Below are positions 18,380 through 27,994 of a stretch of DNA of 64,000 nt, piece after piece. Position numbers and translations under genes: made by a program. Under the pieces are notes generated by a model, which was not told where the DNA came from, made no database searches, and saw only the letters and a program-made list of their open reading frames with translations. Position 1 is the first letter of the stretch. Every line of letters starts with the position of its first letter. This DNA is from a virus (lineage: Duplodnaviria; Caudoviricetes), in the IMG/VR virus record IMGVR_UViG_3300028797_000148, positions 1 to 64,000 of that record. One strand, given 5' to 3'.

Positions 18380-18589
18380 ATGAAGAAGATATTATTGCTG
18401 ATATTCGCTGTTTCTGCTTTTGTGTGCTGCGGTGCTTACAGAAAAAACTATGATGAAAGCTGGCATGAGTTCGAGCCCATCGGTAACGGTGACCGTGCCT
18501 ATTTTCACACATTGGACTGTAAGGTGTGCAGCGCACATCACGCCAAAATGAAAAAAATAGAAGCAAAACAGAACAAAAATAATCTTTAA
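18380..18589 (+). CDS. Small secreted protein or lipoprotein
   Basis: MKK + hydrophobic signal ending in Cys; CKVC motif. Confidence 0.5.
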   Translation: MKKILLLIFAVSAFVCCGAYRKNYDESWHEFEPIGNGDRAYFHTLDCKVCSAHHAKMKKIEAKQNKNNL

Positions 18590-18753
18590 TGGCTTTGTGA
18601 TATGGATTATACGCAATGCTACTGCTATGAGTGCAAGTTGTGTCAGTTTGATGTCTTTGGGAGGGCGATATGCCTTTCCAAAGACACAGAAACGGGCTAC
18701 TATCAAAGGGCATGTCCCGAGTTTGACGATAGATACGAAAATAATACATAGTT

Positions 18754-19176
18754 ATGGGAAAGAAAGAAGATTATGAAAAGCTTATTGGTCGCAAATTCAG
18801 ACCTACTTTTAAATCTAATATAGACCATTATGAAATACGTGGTTATGATGAATCTACCAATATGGTTTTCACAAAGGTTTACCCGTGCGATGGTGCGGCC
18901 TTTGATGATGAAATAGAGGAGCAGTATCTTATAGGCGGTTTCGAGAATGGTGATTATGAGGTTTGTGATACGCCGCATTTCCCCGATGAGCAGAAAACTT
19001 TCGTGTTGCACAACTACCACATGCCTCCTGCTCCTAAACCGCGTACAAGGCTGTTTAACGCCCCTTCATGCGACCGCTGTGTGCATCGTTTCGGTACTAC
19101 AAGTAATCGCGAATGGTGTACTAAGCACGTCGGAAACGAAAAGTGTTATAGATTTAAACTTGATACAAAGTTATGA
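18754..19176 (+). CDS. Hypothetical protein with C-terminal Cys cluster
   Basis: 140-aa ORF, CDRCVH...C...C. Confidence 0.6.
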   Translation: MGKKEDYEKLIGRKFRPTFKSNIDHYEIRGYDESTNMVFTKVYPCDGAAFDDEIEEQYLIGGFENGDYEVCDTPHFPDEQKTFVLHNYHMPPAPKPRTRLFNAPSCDRCVHRFGTTSNREWCTKHVGNEKCYRFKLDTKL

Positions 19177-19490
19177 AACTATTCGGATTTATCAAAACAA
19201 GAAAAGAATACGCTTTGCTAAAAGATGCTTACGAGACGCTGGATAGCCAATTGCAGTTTGTTACCCGCGAAAACGAGAATCTAAGAAAGGCCAACAATTC
19301 AATAGCAGAGCAAATGAACGGCTACAAAGGCCGTATCAAAGATTTGGAATCAAAGGCGCATGAACTTAACGAACTAAAAAAGAAGTACGAAAAGGTATGT
19401 CAAGATAATCGGCATCTTACAAAAGAAATAGAACGTTTACGGCCACAACCGCATTACGACACGTCTACTCAAGGCAGTTACAAAAGATAA
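19173..19490 (+). CDS. Coiled-coil protein
   Basis: Heptad-rich; ATGA overlap with upstream gene. Confidence 0.6.
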   Translation: MKLFGFIKTRKEYALLKDAYETLDSQLQFVTRENENLRKANNSIAEQMNGYKGRIKDLESKAHELNELKKKYEKVCQDNRHLTKEIERLRPQPHYDTSTQGSYKR

Positions 19491-19642
19491 TTAAACATTT
19501 TGATTATGGAATACGTAGAATTTTTCTTTGGTGATTTTTGGCATTGGTTTGGGCTGGTGATATTGGCAGTCGCTATTCGCGGCGGTGCTCTTATTTCAAT
19601 TGATAAAAGTAATAATAAAAAAGTCGAAAAAAAGGATTAGCT

Positions 19643-19912
19643 ATGAGTATTATCGAAGATATTCTTATTGCTGCAAAGCTAAAAGAAACAAACGAAAGCT
19701 TTCATTCCTTGTGGAAGGGTGAAAAGTATGAAGAAAACGCAAAGCCATGCCGTGAGCTGATAACCGCAGAAATGGAGAAATCGGGCAGGGATATTCTGCC
19801 TTGCGCCATTGATATAGCACATGGCTTTGTCGAGAAAGGGAATGATGTTAATGCTTCATGGATTTTATCTGTAGCCGTTGACATGATTTACGAAAAGGGA
19901 GGTAAGTTATGA
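19643..19912 (+). CDS. Hypothetical protein
   Basis: 89-aa ORF. Confidence 0.55.
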   Translation: MSIIEDILIAAKLKETNESFHSLWKGEKYEENAKPCRELITAEMEKSGRDILPCAIDIAHGFVEKGNDVNASWILSVAVDMIYEKGGKL

Positions 19913-20415
19913 AAAAGATATATCAACGAATAGACGACCCGCGACATGGAGATTGTTATAAATGTGCGATTGCCAGCATCCTTGATTTGGAATACGAAGA
20001 TGTTCCGCATTTTGTGGATATGGGCGAGGACTGGCTGCTGGAGGCGCAAAAGTTCTTCCGCGAACATGGCTACGATTATTCGGGAAAAGAGCTGTATAAC
20101 CCAAGGGTGGCTTTCCTTGAAAATCCGACATGGAATGTTTGGGAGAATGTATGGCCTATCGACGAGTGTACGTTCAATGCGCTTACGCCCGATATGGGAA
20201 TCAACGGTTTGTTTATGGCAGGGGTTTACTCGCCAAAATACACCAGCCCTAACGAGCATCCTATTGACCATCTGCACAGCGTTCTTTGTGATATTAATTT
20301 CAATATTGTCTTTGACCCGCAGCCCGAATACGAGAAAGTCGTAAACTACCCGTATTCAAGGCTTATCGGCTACAATGGCATCCGCAGTATTGATGTAATC
20401 CGTAAAATAGAATAG
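19909..20415 (+). CDS. Cys-peptidase-like phage protein
   Basis: GDCYKCAIASIL N-terminal motif and HSV. Confidence 0.5.
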   Translation: MKKIYQRIDDPRHGDCYKCAIASILDLEYEDVPHFVDMGEDWLLEAQKFFREHGYDYSGKELYNPRVAFLENPTWNVWENVWPIDECTFNALTPDMGINGLFMAGVYSPKYTSPNEHPIDHLHSVLCDINFNIVFDPQPEYEKVVNYPYSRLIGYNGIRSIDVIRKIE

Positions 20416-20417
20416 CG

Positions 20418-20813
20418 ATGAAAGAGTTTGTGTATTACAATATGAATCCGCTACAAAAGCACACTTGCGATTGTGTCCCGCGTGCTATTGCCTTTTTTCT
20501 GCATAAAACTTGGGAGGAGGCTTTTTTAAGTTTGGTAAAGTATAGCGCAAAAAACGGAATTGTTAGTTTCAACTACCGTTCTACTATAAGCAGCTACTTG
20601 AAAGAAAAAGGTTATGTCAAAAAGAAACCACCATACAAGGGGATGAGTGTTGGTGAGTTCTGCGAAAACTTTGCAGACGATGAACATGTATATCTTGTGT
20701 TGATAAAAAGACATCTAACGATTGTTTACAAACGCGATGTTTTAGACACTTGGGATTGCAGGGAGAAAGATGTTGATTTTTATTGGGAAAGAGAAAAAAG
20801 AAAAAATAGTTAG
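20418..20813 (+). CDS. C39-like Cys peptidase-fold protein
   Basis: DCVPRAI...HLT...DTWDC Cys-His-Asp pattern. Confidence 0.6.
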   Translation: MKEFVYYNMNPLQKHTCDCVPRAIAFFLHKTWEEAFLSLVKYSAKNGIVSFNYRSTISSYLKEKGYVKKKPPYKGMSVGEFCENFADDEHVYLVLIKRHLTIVYKRDVLDTWDCREKDVDFYWEREKRKNS

Positions 20814-20815
20814 TT

Positions 20816-21088
20816 ATGGAACTTTTACAGCAACTTCAAGAATTGGCCTTGTGCCTGCTGGTTGGTTATATCATTCCAACGGCAATATGCGTTATCTTTG
20901 CTTTCGTGTATCACCACGAAAACCCGTTTAAGAAAGATAACACGAATACACGTACCTATGTGTTTGCACCCGTAGCAAACATCGGTATCGCTCTTATTAT
21001 CATTTTTGCGCTTATCCCAATGGAGGCGTATTGGTTCATCAGAAAGAAAATAAGAAAGTTTATATCATGGAAGAAAAAGGCATTTTAG
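20816..21088 (+). CDS. Membrane protein
   Basis: Two hydrophobic segments. Confidence 0.5.
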   Translation: MELLQQLQELALCLLVGYIIPTAICVIFAFVYHHENPFKKDNTNTRTYVFAPVANIGIALIIIFALIPMEAYWFIRKKIRKFISWKKKAF

Positions 21089-21831
21089 AGCTAAAGGAAT
21101 CATCGGTTATCGCCGACGATATTGAAAAGAAAATACGTACCGTCGGCGTTCGCGGCCTTGATTTCGAGAAGGCAAAGGAGCTTGGCCTCTTTACCCGTAT
21201 ATCGAATCTGCTTTGTGCTACACATGCAAGCGTTATGGCCGCTTACCGCATATACGGCGGTGTTGATTACCTTGTAGACCAGCTGCAAGCCCGCAAGAAT
21301 GAAATATCGCGGGAAATGAATATGTTCGACAAGGCTTTCGAGCGTTTCGTAAAGTTTTGGACTGACTATTATGCACACGGTAATGCGGCACGCGAGGTAA
21401 ACGAGGAGACGGAGATGCTTTTCCGTCGTATCATGGAATGGGCGCAGCTGCCTTATGAATGGGGACTCGGCGACCCGCAGCGCACAGAGGATAATGGCCT
21501 TGATGTTGCCATCCGCATAAACACCGATGATAAGCAGTACACATTCAGAACTACAACCATCGGCGACGAGGATATTGACGAATCTAAGACAATAGAGTCT
21601 TGGTGTGTTACCAAATACGACACCAAGGAGCATCGTCAAACGACCGTCGAGGAACGTATGGATAAGGCATCGGCCATGATGGTCGCAAAACGCCTTTCGG
21701 CAGAGGATGCGGAAAACATCTATACCGCCAGCATAGTGCGCGACTACACGGAGCATAAGACGGTTGTTATGCCATACAAGGCTTATAAGGCAAACGAAAC
21801 CGTAGGACGTCTAACCAAAATGCAGAAATAA
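21067..21831 (+). CDS. Hypothetical protein
   Basis: Start taken at MEEKGIL. Confidence 0.7.
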   Translation: MEEKGILELKESSVIADDIEKKIRTVGVRGLDFEKAKELGLFTRISNLLCATHASVMAAYRIYGGVDYLVDQLQARKNEISREMNMFDKAFERFVKFWTDYYAHGNAAREVNEETEMLFRRIMEWAQLPYEWGLGDPQRTEDNGLDVAIRINTDDKQYTFRTTTIGDEDIDESKTIESWCVTKYDTKEHRQTTVEERMDKASAMMVAKRLSAEDAENIYTASIVRDYTEHKTVVMPYKAYKANETVGRLTKMQK

Positions 21832-21832
21832 C

Positions 21833-22066
21833 ATGGCAGCACCTATTACAAATTGGGTTCACGAAAAAGGCGTAGTGACCGAAAAAGACCGTATTGCGCT
21901 GGAACGTGCGCAGCGTATTGAGAAAAAGCAGGAGAAAATGGGTTACAGATGGTATAAAATCAATGAACGAAACAAGATTTTTATTCCATTTGGCAAAGAC
22001 GGTAAGCCAACCAAGGAAGGCTATGCGGCCATCGAGCGTTATAAAGCGTATTTGGGGATAAAATAA
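21833..22066 (+). CDS. Hypothetical protein
   Basis: 77-aa basic ORF. Confidence 0.55.
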   Translation: MAAPITNWVHEKGVVTEKDRIALERAQRIEKKQEKMGYRWYKINERNKIFIPFGKDGKPTKEGYAAIERYKAYLGIK

Positions 22067-22085
22067 CGTTAAAGTATATAAAATA

Positions 22086-22117
22086 TTTGGTATATTACAA
22101 ATTACTTTGTATCTTTG
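22086..22117 (+). promoter_or_regulatory. Bacteroidota sigma-A promoter
   Basis: TTTG, 20-nt spacer, TATCTTTG; shares ATTTGGTATATT and TTTGCACCG with the 10747 promoter. Confidence 0.8.
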
Positions 22118-22150
22118 CACCGTTGTTTAATTCATTAAAAACGTTACAAT

Positions 22151-22870
22151 ATGAATATCAAGTTTGAAAAAGAGGTTTGCGCATATCTTAATCTGCCAAA
22201 ACTCCCCGTGAAGGAATGGGATGGTGAAAGTGCATTTGACAAAGGTGTTGCTATCATCAAGCTCGCGTTTAATGAAACCGCCTACGCCGTTGCCCGCTTT
22301 AATCCCGAAAAGGAGAAAGAGCCCAGCATTACCAAGGTGTTCGGCCAAGAGCCTTTCTATGGCATCGAAAAGGTGTTTGTCGTTCCCGACTACATGGAAA
22401 CCAATGTAGAGGATGCAGACCTTGACGAAGAGTCAAAGAAAAAGGCTGCGGAGCTTGCTAACGAGGCCGCTGAAATCGAGAACGATGGTACTAAGGCGAA
22501 TATTGATTTGCCCGACAACCCGTACTACTTCGACAATATCACGAACGACGAGGAGGCCATCGCCTTTATTGCCGCATACAATCAGAAAAACGGTATTCGC
22601 GGCCAAGTTCCCAAGAAGCACGAAACCATCCTTAACCGCCTGCTTGTTATCTACATGGAGCAGCGCAAGGCCGCTGGCGTTGATGATGCTCCTGCTGGAG
22701 CACAAGACGACGGTAACGCTGAAACCGAAACCGAACACCAAGAGCCCGCTAACACGGCTGCGCCCGAAGATGAAACAAAAGATGAAACCGAAGGCACGCA
22801 GGATGAGCAGGCTGGCGACACACAAGAGCCTGCCGCTGGCGGTGAAGATGAGAACGGTAACGGTGAGTAA
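22151..22870 (+). CDS. Hypothetical protein with acidic disordered tail
   Basis: 239-aa ORF behind its own promoter. Confidence 0.75.
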   Translation: MNIKFEKEVCAYLNLPKLPVKEWDGESAFDKGVAIIKLAFNETAYAVARFNPEKEKEPSITKVFGQEPFYGIEKVFVVPDYMETNVEDADLDEESKKKAAELANEAAEIENDGTKANIDLPDNPYYFDNITNDEEAIAFIAAYNQKNGIRGQVPKKHETILNRLLVIYMEQRKAAGVDDAPAGAQDDGNAETETEHQEPANTAAPEDETKDETEGTQDEQAGDTQEPAAGGEDENGNGE

Positions 22871-23040
22871 GGGCTGGTAACGGGTAAGTTCTATGGATTA
22901 CGAATACCACAAACTTAAATCCCAGCTTGCTATACTAAAGGACGTGGCCGAGGATTACCCGACCGCGTCCTTACCTAACGCAATTCAACAGATAGAATCA
23001 AGAATAAAAAACATAGAAAAAAACAGAAACATTTTTTAGT

Positions 23041-23718
23041 ATGGGAAACAATTCAGTAACAAAAGGCGACCTCGAACGCCGTATGCGCAATGCGCTTGTA
23101 CTTGTACCGAAAGACAAGGACTACATGGGTGTGTATTTCGATGATAAGGGATTGCGCCTTGAGGTGACAGCGGATTTCGCCGTTATCACTACGGGATTCC
23201 ATAAGCATGTGTTCACGAACTTTACGGCACAAGGCGTTTCGCGCCCGTATCTTTACACAAAGCGTTTCATTGAGATTGCACTCGCCAACGACTGCACCAT
23301 TAAGGACGCAAAGGGTAACGTTACCCGTTCCTACGGCAAGCTGCTTGGAATCCTCAAGGAAAAGGAAGACAAAAAGGAATTTCAAGTCGCTTGGTATATT
23401 GACCTTTGGTTCAATAATATTTTTCATCCGCTGTACGGCATCGGCGAATCGGAGGCCGAATCGTTCCTCGTTTACGAGTCCTATCTCCACAATATCGCCC
23501 GTAATAAGGTTATCATGTCGGAAAAGATTAACGATATGACCAACCTTGACTTCATCGAAGCGGTTATGCAGGAGGTTAAGGCTTATACCGAGGGCATGGA
23601 TAAGCGTACCATCTTCAAGAAGAAAACCGACGAGGAGATGATGCAGGAAAATATCGAGGCGGCAGCGGCGCAGCAGTCTGAAAAAGCTATGGAGGAGCAA
23701 AGCCATGACGCAAACTAA
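23041..23718 (+). CDS. Hypothetical protein
   Basis: 225-aa ORF. Confidence 0.75.
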   Translation: MGNNSVTKGDLERRMRNALVLVPKDKDYMGVYFDDKGLRLEVTADFAVITTGFHKHVFTNFTAQGVSRPYLYTKRFIEIALANDCTIKDAKGNVTRSYGKLLGILKEKEDKKEFQVAWYIDLWFNNIFHPLYGIGESEAESFLVYESYLHNIARNKVIMSEKINDMTNLDFIEAVMQEVKAYTEGMDKRTIFKKKTDEEMMQENIEAAAAQQSEKAMEEQSHDAN

Positions 23719-23875
23719 CGAACAATACGAAATGCTGAGTGTGTCCGATGTGGCAAAGAAACTTGGCGTTACATCGCAGACGGTCTATAATCAGATTAAG
23801 GCTGGCATGTGGGAGACGCAGGAGTTCAAGCGCGGGCAGTACAAAGGCATACTCGTTAAGTACCCGATAAAATAG
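23705..23875 (+). CDS. Excisionase-like HTH protein
   Basis: Read manually: MLSVSDVAKKLGVTSQTVYNQIKAG, a MerR-like/HTH_17 pattern. Confidence 0.75.
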   Translation: MTQTNEQYEMLSVSDVAKKLGVTSQTVYNQIKAGMWETQEFKRGQYKGILVKYPIK

Positions 23876-23882
23876 ATGCGGT

Positions 23883-24281
23883 ATGGCTAACAAGACAAGT
23901 GATGCTGTTATACGCCATCTTAAAGAGCAATGGGAGGCTGCTTGCAATGGCTACCTCCTTAAGCTCTTGAATATGTGGGATTGCGATTCGTACTACGGCT
24001 ATTGGGTTGCTGATAACGTCGGCGGGCTTTACTGCTATGGCGACGATATTGCTATCAATATGAGCGAGATTATCCTTTGTGTCGAAAAGGGCATAAGCAT
24101 GGATGATTACCACAAATATACTGATTATTGCTCAAAATGCAGCGAGTACGGTTTCAATATTGTGTCCCTTGAAGCATATCATCTTGGTTGTCCCACCGTT
24201 CCGCAGGAAACTTTCGACAAGCTGGATGAGATGAAGGCAAACTTGCAAAAGGCAATAGAGGAGGAAAAAGCAAAGTTCTAA
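23883..24281 (+). CDS. Hypothetical protein
   Basis: 132-aa ORF. Confidence 0.65.
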   Translation: MANKTSDAVIRHLKEQWEAACNGYLLKLLNMWDCDSYYGYWVADNVGGLYCYGDDIAINMSEIILCVEKGISMDDYHKYTDYCSKCSEYGFNIVSLEAYHLGCPTVPQETFDKLDEMKANLQKAIEEEKAKF

Positions 24282-24458
24282 GTAAATGGCTACACCAAAG
24301 AAAAAGCCCGTTGTAAAGGCGAAAAAGAAAAAACGCAAGGTAGTTATCAAGGAAACGGCCAAAGTGCGCCCAAAAGCCTCGAAAACCGCCTCAGATACCA
24401 TGCCTACGCAAATACCGCGTACCAACGGAGTCGTGTTTAGGGTAAAAGCAAGGAGAAA

Positions 24459-24884
24459 ATGATAAATTCATTCAGACGGTTGCTTATCCGAATAGGAAAG
24501 ATACTGCCTTTTGTTCTTTGCTTTATCGTTTGCATAAGCTACACAGAATCGCTATACGGCAATATCATTGTTTACGGTGATATTTCTTTCATAGAAACGC
24601 CAATATCTTTCTTTGTGGCAGAATACTTTGAATACGATTTACTTTCTTTGGCCGTGATGCTTACAATATCCGTAGCCATCGAAACGTGCTATTGGAATAA
24701 GCTCGCAATAATCTACCTTTGCATTAATCTTTACGAAAGAAGTTATTTTGCTACTACAGAAATAAGCGAGGAGGCCGCATTGTTGTTTGCCATATTAAAT
24801 ATTATCACAAGCGGCTTTCTTGCTTTCAAAGGAATTTATTTACTCATACATAATAAGAAAGATTATGAAACTCGACAAACGTGA
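24459..24884 (+). CDS. Multi-pass membrane protein
   Basis: About four hydrophobic segments. Confidence 0.6.
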   Translation: MINSFRRLLIRIGKILPFVLCFIVCISYTESLYGNIIVYGDISFIETPISFFVAEYFEYDLLSLAVMLTISVAIETCYWNKLAIIYLCINLYERSYFATTEISEEAALLFAILNIITSGFLAFKGIYLLIHNKKDYETRQT

Positions 24885-25764
24885 TGTTACCGTAGTGGAT
24901 AATCCCGAATTTAGGATGCTTAACAACCGTGTGGGATTGTTCAACTCCAGCTATCAAGACTTCAAACGCTATGGCATACCGAAAGCCCAGCTTATTTTGA
25001 CGGATATTCCGTATTCATTGGGCGACAAGGCTTACGGCAGTAATCCCAGCTGGTATATTGACGGTGATAACAAGAACGGCGAAAGCGACAAGGCTGGCGA
25101 AACATTCTTTGTGACAGACGAGAATTTCAAGCCAGCGGAGTTCATGCACTTTGCCGCACAGATGCTAAAGCCCGAACAAAAAGGAAAGGTCGACGAAAAC
25201 GACCGCACAAAGACAAGTGCGCCTTGCATGATTGTGTTCTGTGAGTTCATGCAGCAGTTCTATCTTATAGAGCTTGGTAAGCGTTACGGATTCAATCACT
25301 ATATCAATTTGGTTTTCCGTAAAAATTATTCGGCGCAGGTCTTGAAGGCAAACATGAAGATTGTAGGAAACTGCGAGTACGGCCTCGTCCTTTACCGTGA
25401 TAAGCTGCCAAAGTTCAACAATAACGGAACAATGGTTTTCAACTGCATGGACTGGCAGCGCGACTTGGGTATGCCGCGTATTCACGAAACGCAAAAACCG
25501 ATTCCGCTTTTGCAACGATTGATAGAGCTTTTCACAGACCCCGATGATGTCGTTATAGACCCGTGCGCAGGCAGCGGCAGTACATTGATTGCAGCGGCCA
25601 ACCTTGGGCGTAAGGCATACGGTCTCGAGATTTCAAAGCGTTTCTATGTGGATGCCCGCGATGCCATGCAGAATTATATCCAGCCCGATATGTTTGCTAT
25701 GCAGGAAAGCAGGTATTATCAGCGTAAAATGGCACAAGAACAAACACTTGCGCTTGATATTTAA
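24865..25764 (+). CDS. Orphan amino-DNA methyltransferase (N6A/N4C, beta-class motif order)
   Basis: Motif IV TDIPY precedes H.TQKP and motif I DPCAGSGS. Confidence 0.88.
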   Translation: MKLDKRDVTVVDNPEFRMLNNRVGLFNSSYQDFKRYGIPKAQLILTDIPYSLGDKAYGSNPSWYIDGDNKNGESDKAGETFFVTDENFKPAEFMHFAAQMLKPEQKGKVDENDRTKTSAPCMIVFCEFMQQFYLIELGKRYGFNHYINLVFRKNYSAQVLKANMKIVGNCEYGLVLYRDKLPKFNNNGTMVFNCMDWQRDLGMPRIHETQKPIPLLQRLIELFTDPDDVVIDPCAGSGSTLIAAANLGRKAYGLEISKRFYVDARDAMQNYIQPDMFAMQESRYYQRKMAQEQTLALDI

Positions 25765-25804
25765 CCTTATCTGTGTTAAATAAGTGTTAAAGATTTTATT
25801 TTCC

Positions 25805-25835
25805 TTTGTATATCCAAAAGAAAATATTACCTTTG
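25805..25835 (+). promoter_or_regulatory. Promoter for the tRNA/tmRNA cluster
   Basis: TTTG, 19-nt spacer, TACCTTTG. Confidence 0.7.
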
Positions 25836-26021
25836 CACACGATGATAAATTTTCTTTTAGAATAAATGCCTATAAAGAATTAATACGTAAAGCCAAGGCG
25901 TTGTGAAATGTAGTAGGCTTTTTAACCACATTAAATGTTGAACAAAGTAAAATTCATATCATTATAATTTTTGTGAGTGCCGAAACGTTGAGATAACGGA
26001 ATAGGCTCTTTTATCAAACAT

Positions 26022-26103
26022 CGCGGTATAGTGGAATTGGATATTTATAAACCACGTCGGGCTCATATCCCGAAAATTGCGGGTTCGACTCCTGCTACCG
26101 CAA
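26022..26103 (+). tRNA. tRNA-fMet(CAT), expanded D-loop
   Basis: C1:A72 mismatch, three G-C pairs in the anticodon stem, CAT at 26064-66, TTCGA T-loop; 17-nt D-loop. Confidence 0.8.
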
Positions 26104-26109
26104 CAACTT

Positions 26110-26200
26110 GGAAGTGTAAGCCTAATAGACTAAGGCAGTAGTCTTGAAAACTACCAGTAATCGCGCAAGCGGTGTGTGGGTTGGAGTCCCACCACTTCCT
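26110..26200 (+). tRNA. tRNA-Ser(TGA)
   Basis: GGAAGTG/CACTTCC acceptor, GTAGT-CTTGAAA-ACTAC anticodon arm, long variable arm; atypical D and T loops. Confidence 0.75.
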
Positions 26201-26209
26201 CTAAAAAAC

Positions 26210-26300
26210 GGAGAATTACCCAAGCTGGTGAAGGGGCGACATTGCTAACGTCGTAGGTCGGTAAAACGGCGCGTAGGTTCGAGCCCTACATTCTCCGCCA
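26210..26300 (+). tRNA. tRNA-Ser(GCT)
   Basis: GGAGAAT/ATTCTCC acceptor, TTGCTAA loop, long variable arm, encoded CCA. Confidence 0.9.
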
Positions 26301-26334
26301 AAAACTTTCTTTGGCATACTGATTATAAACGGAT

Positions 26335-26408
26335 TGCTCCATAGCGCAATTGGTCAGAGCATCAGAATTTGGGTCTGAGGGTTGCACGTTCGAGTCGTGC
26401 TGGGGCAA
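26335..26408 (+). tRNA. tRNA-Gln(TTG)
   Basis: TGCTCCA/TGGGGCA acceptor (U1-A72), TCAGA-ATTTGGG-TCTGA anticodon arm. Confidence 0.8.
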
Positions 26409-26413
26409 CAAAT

Positions 26414-26490
26414 GGGGTTTTAGCTCAGTTGGTTAGAGCATCTGCTTTGCAAGCAGAGGGTCGTGAGTTCGAGTCTCACATTCTCCACCA
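26414..26490 (+). tRNA. tRNA-Ala(TGC)
   Basis: G3:U70, TCTGC-TTTGCAA-GCAGA arm, encoded CCA; two U:U pairs in the acceptor stem. Confidence 0.88.
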
Positions 26491-26496
26491 TGATAC

Positions 26497-26806
26497 GGGG
26501 GTATTTTGGTTTTGATTGTAGATGGATGGTAAGAAATCGTGCAAGCAATCATGCTTTGAAATGGTAAAAACAATAAATGCTAAGGTTGTCAATATGACTC
26601 CCCGTGCTCAAGTGCTGGCAGCAGCCGCATAAGCACCTCGCTGGTGACTTGCGAAGGAACATAAAAGTTACGGCTTGTTTTCTCCGTTTTCTCAAAACGT
26701 AGTGGTGGAACGCTCGTCCATGTTATAAAAGCTGGTCAGCCCCGACGCACGTAACAAGTTTCTATGATAAATCTGCAAGACGAGGGTTCGACTCCCTCTA
26801 CCTCCA
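26497..26806 (+). ncRNA. ssrA: tmRNA
   Basis: GGGGGTA/TACCTCC acceptor with G3:U, T-arm GAGGG-TTCGACT-CCCTC, internal tag frame 26579-26632 ending LAAAA-stop. Confidence 0.88.
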
Positions 26807-26837
26807 CTTGAATATTTTATTTTTAATCATAAGAAAG

Positions 26838-27992
26838 ATGAGTAGAATTAAATTTAATGTTGATGAATGGCTACCCCGCTTATCGCAAGTTGTAGGCGTA
26901 GTTAATTCAAAAAATCCCCTGCCTATCCTTGGCGACATCTTAATCAAAACAGACATGGAAGCCCAAAGGGGGCTTACGTTCACAGCCAGCGATTCGGAAA
27001 CATGGCTCACCATCGAAGCACCACATCTTAGCTTTGACGATAGCTTTGAAATCTGCATCGCTGCCGTTGACTTCTACAAGGCATTATGCAATCTGAAAGG
27101 AAAGCAGGTTTGTATGACATTGGATGCCGAGCATCACACCGTAGAATGTGATTATGGCAATGGCCGTTTTACGATGGCCTACGAGGATGCTACGGAATAT
27201 CCAAAGCCAAACATGGATGCCAGCGATTCAAAAAGCAAGGTTATCGACGCTGATAAGCTGCTTTACGCGGTAAATAAGCCCGATTACGCCACCGCTAACG
27301 ATGAGTTACGCCCCGTAATGAATGGCATACGCCTTGAGTTCTTTGCAGATGGTATGGTAGCCGTTGCAAGCGACGGTCACAAGCTCGCAAAGTTCAAGGA
27401 TTTGTCTATCATTCCCGAAGGCGATAACGTGGAGGTTTGCGGTTTCACTTTGCCAAAGAAACCAGCTGGAGTGCTGCGTAATCTGCTTAATCAGTTCGGC
27501 GGCGATGTAAGCATCACCTTTAACGACAGATGTGCAACATTCGCAATTGCCGATTGCTTTACATTGAACACCCGCCTTATCGAAGGCCGTTATCCCAATT
27601 ATGAAAGCGTTATCCCAAGGGAAAATACCATCGTTGCCACTATTGACAAGGCTGCTTTCCTTGCTGCCATGAAACGTGTGCTGCCGATGAGTAACGCATC
27701 AAGCGAGCTTATCAGCTTTAAGTTTACGATGGGTAACATGGAGATTAGCGCAGAGGACTACGATTTCAGCCGTACCGCAAGCGAAAACATTTCCTGCGAC
27801 TATGCCAGCCCCGACCTACAGATTGGATTTAAGGGCAGCGTGATTATGGCCGTTCTGCAAAGCATTGATGATGATTCCGTAAAGGTCTACTTAAAGGATT
27901 CCATGCGTGCAGGCGTATTCATGCCAGCTACGCAAAAGGATAACACGTCATATCTTGCGCTTGCAATGCCGATGCTTATTCAAGACAAATAA
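26838..27992 (+). CDS. dnaN: DNA polymerase III beta sliding clamp
   Basis: LPILGDILI, ASDSE, DELRPVMNG, ASDGHKLA, RLIEGRYPNYESVIP, LAMPM motifs. Confidence 0.95.
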   Translation: MSRIKFNVDEWLPRLSQVVGVVNSKNPLPILGDILIKTDMEAQRGLTFTASDSETWLTIEAPHLSFDDSFEICIAAVDFYKALCNLKGKQVCMTLDAEHHTVECDYGNGRFTMAYEDATEYPKPNMDASDSKSKVIDADKLLYAVNKPDYATANDELRPVMNGIRLEFFADGMVAVASDGHKLAKFKDLSIIPEGDNVEVCGFTLPKKPAGVLRNLLNQFGGDVSITFNDRCATFAIADCFTLNTRLIEGRYPNYESVIPRENTIVATIDKAAFLAAMKRVLPMSNASSELISFKFTMGNMEISAEDYDFSRTASENISCDYASPDLQIGFKGSVIMAVLQSIDDDSVKVYLKDSMRAGVFMPATQKDNTSYLALAMPMLIQDK

Positions 27993-27994
27993 CC

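Noticed and set aside
25975-26010. GCCGAAAC-containing hairpin upstream of the tRNAs as a ribozyme or extra tRNA
   Set aside because: No CTGANGA core and no cloverleaf; at most a leader hairpin.
26022-26806. tRNA/tmRNA 3' ends as attP
   Set aside because: No tyrosine integrase and no duplicated 3' fragment in the window.
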